Assembly (NCBI GenBank): GCA_030141605.1
Contig: JAQGDQ010000556.1
Coordinates: 1 to 64,000, forward strand
Direction: 5' to 3'
DNA from: Tubiluchus corallicola
Taxonomy: Eukaryota; Animalia; Priapulida
DNA length: 64,000 nucleotides
The position numbers and the translations under genes were made by a program. A model generated the notes under the pieces. The model was not told the DNA's origin and ran no database searches. It worked only from the letters and a program-made list of their open reading frames with translations. Below are positions 50,001 through 64,000 of this stretch, piece after piece; positions within the stretch are counted from its first letter, which is position 1; each line of letters starts with the position of its first letter.

Positions 50001-53000
50001 CACTACAAACAACTAAAATGCGCGAAACACAACGTTCCTGACATGACCGAACGATCGAGTGCTTAATCACGACTGCACAACGCGCCGAAAGAGTCTGCGC
50101 CGCAGAGGGGGTGCACGTATTCAGCAATTCTCTAGGCCCTCTTTGTAACGTCTCTGCGCAGTGCCGCACGGAGTCGATGACCCAACGTATTGAAAATTTG
50201 AGCGCAATGTATGCTGAGTATGCTTAGCCTCGTAGATTTGCACTGCAGCAGAGACGGGTTTATAAGAGGGCACTCAATAACGTGGAGTTATAGTCATTAC
50301 GATCATTCCGTATTGATGCGTATTTTACATTAAGCGGTTACTATTCATTAAGATAATATACTTACTAATGGTTAATTTTAAGTGCACAATGCACTTTATG
50401 TCAAAAATGTATCTTATGTCAAATCCTTGAGTTTTATTCATATTACGATGATACGTGTGATTTCTTAATTATTATCATAGCACTAAAGTGCATTTTTATG
50501 CTTTGAAAGCGCAATAGATCTGAGCAATTCTACTACAATTCATTGTGTCATAAGTTTAAGGGCACAAATATGGCTGCTGATTTTTTAAGGAGCATTTTTT
50601 GTTTGATAGCAAAGTTATTAATGGTTGTAGAGTGGCCTAATTAGTTGACTTCAACTTTTTTAAGCACAACAGCAAAGGTTTCTCGTCATTCAATTATAAA
50701 AGGTGTATCTATTAGGCAGCAGTTTTTCACCCTTGTGACCCTGGTTGTCAAATTTAAAATTCTAACTAGAATTCTAAAAAATTCTTAATAATTTTAAAAT
50801 ATCTAAAAGTGACTCTTTCAGCAAGAGATTAGACTCATCGATAGTTAAATGTTTACACGTTGCACAATAAATTAATAAGTTGGTCATTCATGATAAAAAC
50901 ATAATTTTCTCCTCTTCGATCGTTTAATGCATGCTAGCCTTAATTATACTTCTTTAGTTATGCTTTTTTGCAAATACAATAATGCCTTTTTGCAAGTTTT
51001 TGATTACTGACAGACTTAAGTCATCATGAATATAAAATATTTTTATGAACCTTCACTTTGAGTCAGCTAGCCAGTCAATCAGTTAGTCAGTCAGTCAATT
51101 AGTAAATCGAGTCTGTCAGCTAGCGAGTCAATCAACCAAATTAATTTATCGTCTGCATGTTTTTCCCTGCCATTCTTTCAAATCATTTAGCTAGGCGGTC
51201 AGGCAGTCAAACTTAACAATGCAAACTCGCGATTATGAATCATGAAATTCAATCCAGGGACAATGATTGTCAGTAAATTAAAGGAGTGATAGTCTATCGG
51301 ATGTAGTTGGCTTTACCTGTCAAACTCTTATTCGTTCATTCATCCGTCAATTTATTCATTTATTCATTCATTTATTATTACATTTACATTATTACTAAAT
51401 GTTCCCTATATAGCAAATAAATAGCAAAATGGTGATGTTTCTAAAGAATATTTTTTTGGCAAACGAAAGATAGCTTTTCTGGTTTAAAGGTGTTGGAATA
51501 AATTGTCTTCAAGCAATGCAAATGTGGCTAAATATCACGAGTAACAATATTCAAGATGGTTGCGGACGAGTTTGAGGTAGCACCGTCTAAAAATGCCCCA
51601 TACTTTCATTAACCTGGGGACTCCGAAAAGTCATAATCCGACCCTGCCCAGATGGTATAAAAATTTTAAATTTATACATCAGGGTTTGGCAACCAAAGTT
51701 AAGCAATTTCAAACCTTGTTGAGTAGTGGAGCAGTGACTACCAAGAAAACTACCAAAACGCAGTGGCTACCTCACGAAGAGGGTGTTTACGAGGCAGCCT
51801 CTCCAAATTTTTAAAGCTCGAATATGGAAATTTCTATCAGAAAATTGATACTATCTCTAATAATTATGCGGCACAAAGTGCTTCCTTTAGTTGGCAGGAA
51901 TATCATGTCACACAAAATAGTGCCAAGCACTCTATTAAATCCACAACCACTAGTAATTGGAATAAAACAGGTAATCAAATAGAAACACACAAAAGTATTC
52001 TATAGTTTCAAAAAGAACTTGAAAGGAACATCCTAGATTCATATTCATAATACAATCTTTGATGCATCCACATCTCAACATGTCACAATGGCTGGCCTCT
52101 TATTGTTTATAGTATTACCCTCTTTTGAGTATAGCTACGTGTAATTTAAAACATACATGTGGTTACTTGCTTTTTTCCATTCTACTATGTCCTAACCATT
52201 CCTTATTCACGCACTCATGCCATCTTAGCAAGCCATGCTTTCAAGGTGTCTTGCAGCAATTAGTTTGTCTTATGGTTTCATCAATAATATTTTTTTCTTT
52301 TCATGTTTAGTCCATTTACCTTGTATGTTGGTGTATATATAACTATTGCTGAAGAGGAACAAATTTTATGATTTGATGTGGAAAAAATATTTACGATGTG
52401 CAGACAACCTTTTGCTTTAATTTGCTCTTACAAAAATAACGAGTAACTGTGCAAAACAATTTATTACATCAATGTATCAATTTTTTGCTATTTGTATGTA
52501 ATACATATTATAAATTTTTTAGGGCGTGGTCTGAAGTCAACTTAGTCATCTGAACTCCACAGCTGTACAGCAATATCGGTTCAAAACTCGATTTAGCGTG
52601 AATGTGCGAGTCGTAGATAAAACGCGATTTAACCGCCATTGAACATTTGAACTGACGACTAATTTTATAAGAAACAAAAATGTAATGGCAGCCGACATGT
52701 GTATTCTTTGTTTTTCATTCCCATGAAGGTAGGCTGTTTTATTGCATCCTATGCCTAAACGATGTGTAACCTAAAAAGAGTATAATACTCCTTGCGCACT
52801 TTTTAGTGTTAAAGATCTGTGGCTTAAAATAGTGCCTAAAATATCTGGTGGTGAGCTAGTAGGTAGGAAAGATTCAACTATTTAATGAAACTGAATGGAC
52901 TGTGTTCTCACCGACGTCACTTGAGCACTAGAATAGGGTAAAAAAGTTAGTCTAATACGGTTTATTATAAAATTTCAAAAACTAGATATTAAATTGTATA

Positions 53001-53189
53001 TAATAGGCCTATTGAAAAAGTGCAAAAGTAAATATTGTTTCGATCGTTCTTGTAGATCAGTTGTACCATACCAATTGAAGAAAATCATACCATTTAGATC
53101 AGATACTTTATGTATGATCCAGTACCAACCAGTTTCTTTGGGTATATCTGAACAATCGCAAATTATAATAGCATGAAATTTTTTCCTGT

Positions 53190-54085
53190 TTAAGTATAAG
53201 TATAAGTTTATTTATTTCCACTTTGCATCTAACAATAATAATAAAAATACAGATAATTTCACTGAAGTAAATATAAATATAAATGCAGTATTATCCATAA
53301 ATTACAAAATGCAGCATGTACATGTGCAAATTACATTACAGAATAATTTTGATGCATACAGTTTGAGCCTAAAAGCATAGCTTGACAGGCCAAACTGTCT
53401 GTGGAAATCTTAGAAAAAGATTAATAATTGAAATAATGATAATATATACATAAAAGTGGGGGGGGAGTAGTGAAGGAAAGATGAAATGGAGCGAGAACTA
53501 AGAAAAACTGTGATCATGATTATACAGTGTTCAGTAACCTGTTGAGCCTAGTCACGTTATATTAAGATTACTGTGGAAAAAGAATACAGGTTATTACCAT
53601 TATCAAATTGTGTTACTCTTAATACTTTTGAAATATTTCTTTTTTGACGGTTTTTTTAAAAATTGAAAGGAAGTGACTACATTTTGAATTGCGGCTTAGT
53701 CTATTCCATAGGACTGGTCCCATATAGCTAATGAAATGTTTTGCCATATTTGTTCTACAACGTCTTGGTATATACATTCATTATGTCTGGTATTGTATTT
53801 TTTTATCTTGAGTGGATTTTCAAAAAAATTTGGAAATAAGTTGTTGTTTGTTCTATACATGTATATACATCCATTAACATCAATAACATCATCCAGAAGT
53901 AATATTTGACATTGCTTAAAATGTGTAGCAGTAATTGTGCTCCTTTTGTCTAGTTTGAAGATGACACGTAAAAATTTTCGTTGTAAAACTCTTAAGCATT
54001 CTAAATTTGTAGTATAAGTAAAGCCCCATAATGTTGTGCAGTAATTTAAATATGTTAATATTAAACTGTTTTGCAGAAATCTGTG
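53190..54085 (-). mobile_element. L2/Crack-like LINE 3' fragment immediately upstream of the first CtBP coding exon
   Basis: ORF 53696..54127 (NSLILTYLNYCTTLWGFTY...LRVLQRKFLRVI...F..CQILLL), with AATAAA and a (TATACT)n tail at about 53190-53220. Confidence 0.75.
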
Positions 54086-54167
54086 CTGATTGCGACTATA
54101 TATACGGCGTTTACAGTGAGCTGACACAGATTACAATAGCGAATCTTGAAATTTTCACTGTTATCAG

Positions 54168-61314
<7,147 letters not shown>

Positions 61315-61457
61315 TAACATTTGATATTCATTATATCTAAAAATAGGTTAGTTGTGCCACTTTATACATGCCTTTACAAAGTCAAAACTACTTATGGATG
61401 CGGCTTCGACGAGTGTCCGAAATCTTGACCGTTTTACACTTACAAGTCCGCGACATA

Positions 61458-61985
61458 CAGTCTAGTCTCATTATGTCGCCACTGTCCGTCTAGGGCAAAT
61501 TTTTGGCGAGAGGCGAGTATGGCGAGATAACGGGAGTATAACGAAGTTAGTCTATATGTATATACATAATAGTTGATTAACATAGTGTTCCTCTATGTAC
61601 ACATATAATATACACAAAAGCAGTCAACACACTTTAGTTTCTCTGCGCATTAACCAACCACAGCACTCCTAATCTAATCCTGGTGAGACACACACTAGAT
61701 TAATTATGTCTGTCTATCGAGTACAGCAGCATTGTCTACATACCGCGGTTATATTGATCGACACGCGTTATATGTATTGATCGATTCACCTCTGAGTTTG
61801 TCTGTTTGGCGACATAACGAATATAGTTTACATAAGCACTCATCCTAGCATGACGTGGCGAGGGCGAGAAGCGAGGGTGGCGACTTAACGAGGTAAATAT
61901 CAAAGCAAGAAATCCGTTCTGGTACTTTTATGGCGAGAGACGAGCTTGGCGGCATAACGAGGGGCGAGATAACGAGGCTAGACTG
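61458..61985. mobile_element. pogo/Tc1-type MITE
   Basis: TA|CAGTCTAGTCTCATTAT...ATAACGAGGCTAGACTG|TA with repeated GGCGAGATAACG motifs. Confidence 0.85.
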
Positions 61986-62238
61986 TATTTCATATTTATT
62001 AGTGCTATCGAAGAGAGATGTGGGTACAATAAATTACAAAATACTTACAATTTCAGCAGTGAAATGTACAGACAATAAAGATGCACATTACAGACAACAT
62101 ATATAAGCAGCAAAATGAAAAAGAAACAGTGCTATACTAGTTATAATACCGAAATATAATTGTTGTGTTAGTTATTTGTTACTTAATTGGTAAAAACTGT
62201 ATGGCAATATATTGTATAAATATATTCTTTGTTTTGTG

Positions 62239-62619
62239 CAGTGGTTCTTAACCTTGTTGGAGGTACCGAATCCCACCAGTTTCATATGCGCATTCACCGA
62301 ACCCCTCTTTAGTGAAAAATAAAATATGATTTTTTTTTCAAATTCAAGACATAGATATGTTTTTTACTGGTACACAAAATGAGCCGTGCACGAACATCAC
62401 CTTGTTCAAAGAACAAAACCAACACAATGCATAAACTCACAACAAATTACATACCTGCAAATCAGTGTGACTTCTGCTGCTGCCTTTGAGAGACCAGTTC
62501 AGATATGCGTGGCTTCACCTTGGCAAGTGCCACTCTCCTGCGGCGGAGGCTGTGCCGAACCCCTGAGATCGACTCACCGAACCCCTAGGGTTGGATCGCA
62601 CCCAGGTTAAGAACCACTG
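62239..62619 (-). mobile_element. hAT (Buster-family) deletion derivative
   Basis: TIR CAGTGGTTCTTAACCT; TSD GTTTTGTG/GTTTAGTG. The minus strand encodes RVALAKVKPRISELVSQRQQQKSH*, like a Buster/ZBED5/FAM200 transposase C-terminus. Confidence 0.85.
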
Positions 62620-62783
62620 GTTTAGTGAGTGCATTAATAGTCTATGTTGTTTGTAGTTTAATAGTTCATGTCGGTGTCAGTTCTAGTGGGTTCTTTGTTG
62701 GGTTTGCACTCTTTCAGTCATTATCGTATATGTTTGTCATTGGTTGGGTAGTTACTCAAGGATTAGGCTGAAAAGGCTTACAT

Positions 62784-63228
62784 CAGGGGTGTGCAAATTA
62801 TGACTAGCCGGGCCACATTAAACTTTCTGGCAATTCCTGCGGGCCACGAGCAGTTTGATCAAGGAGCCAAGTACAGAAAGGCCTAATAACGATTTTTTGC
62901 ATCCGGATCTGCGCACATCATTACTACCACACTCAAAGAACTAGTTTAGAAGTTATTAAAATTTATATTACAAATCATGTATTTCTACTTTCAGGACAGA
63001 TAGTGGTAATTTCAATACAATGCATATTAGTAGTGCGTATCACACAGTCTGTGTAGTACACTGACATTAAGCTACAACCGTCTTGTAAGGGTTAATGCCA
63101 TCTGATCTAGTGGAAAAAACTACCCGCACTATCTTTGCAATCGTGGCGCAGACTTCAGCTGGATCGTGTGGGCCGCACTTTCATTAGGTTGACAAATCTC
63201 TTCGCGGGCCGCACTTTGCACACCCCTG
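62784..63228. mobile_element. hAT-type MITE
   Basis: CAGGGGTGTGCAAA...TTTGCACACCCCTG with a perfect 8-bp TSD GCTTACAT. Confidence 0.9.
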
Positions 63229-63450
63229 GCTTACATTTTAAATTCTGCAGCCATTGCGTGCAAATTTGGACGTGATTTGTTTCCGAATCATTTGAATTTC
63301 GGTTCCATCATTCTTGTTTAAATGTACAACTTAAGCTTTGTTGTCTTACCTATGAGGTCTGCGATTTAAGTAACAGCTAGAGTTATGCTGGCCAAGTTAA
63401 ATATCTGCTGGTTTAGACTGTTGTTGTAGCGGGGCTCTAACTTCTACACT

Positions 63451-63572
63451 GTAGCGTATCAGTTGCCAAGGTGACGTAGCGTGTCAGTTGCCAAGGTGAC
63501 GTAGCGTGTCAGTTGCCAAGGTGACGTAGCGTATCAGTTGCCAAGGTGACGTAGCGTATCAGTTGCCAAGGT
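63451..63572. repeat. 25-bp tandem repeat, about 5 copies (GTAGCGTATCAGTTGCCAAGGTGAC)
   Basis: Directly visible. Confidence 0.9.
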
Positions 63573-64000
63573 TGACGACAGCAGTAGTTGACGGCCAAGA
63601 GATTAACTGTATTGCATAACATTCTTTGACTTGGCAAGGCAGCCAATATTTAGCTAGTACTTTTCGGTAACAAAGTAACTCTATAAACCGGTCTGTTTTG
63701 CCATGATGTTGCGTTAGTCAATCATTAGGCTGCAGCTAAAACCATTCATATTCCCAAGGACTAGAGAAAACAAATAATAAGATCGGTGATAGGTATGCCG
63801 AGAGCTCTTTGTTAGAGTAAGGCTGTGCGGTATTGCTCAATGGTAGTGTGCTCCCTTTCCGCCCCGGGAAGTCGGTAGTTTCAACTCCCAACCCGGTCTT
63901 ACTGCTAAAGAAAAAAGTAGTACCGCTGGTTCTTGGACCTAGCACATGTGCTTATCAAAGTAACATACATTAATAATAATTGGGATCACCTTAGAAATAA

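Overview
This is AT-rich, microsatellite-dense eukaryotic DNA from an invertebrate animal, most likely a protostome given the ionotropic receptor and the protostome-type CtBP. It is not prokaryotic, and I found no CRISPR array, rRNA or tRNA gene. Hand-splicing gives four well-supported genes: a 6-exon FAM227/FWWh-family gene (+, 13016-22479), an intronless divergent ionotropic receptor (-, 25532-26914) with a truncated 5' duplicate nearby, an 8-exon ANP32/Mapmodulin gene with a GC-AG last intron (-, 36433-50000), and the first five coding exons of CtBP (+, 54168 onward), head-to-head with ANP32. An orphan His/Gly/Tyr-rich terminal exon lies on the - strand at 7096-7527. The rest is LINE fragments (including one RTE nested in another), many MITEs (pogo/Tc1, hAT, piggyBac, Harbinger, Kolobok), a SINE, micro- and minisatellites, and a 3.9-kb 139-bp satellite. 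The most notable observations are: the satellite appears amplified from a LINE ORF2 C-terminus; a CtBP exon end plus its splice donor is present in four tandem copies; a 33-bp repeat block is bounded by splice-like signals; and there is a possible cluster of low-complexity structural-protein sequences at 5.7-12.3 kb. I could not support a wholly new multi-gene system. All gene models are manual and were not checked against transcripts or databases.
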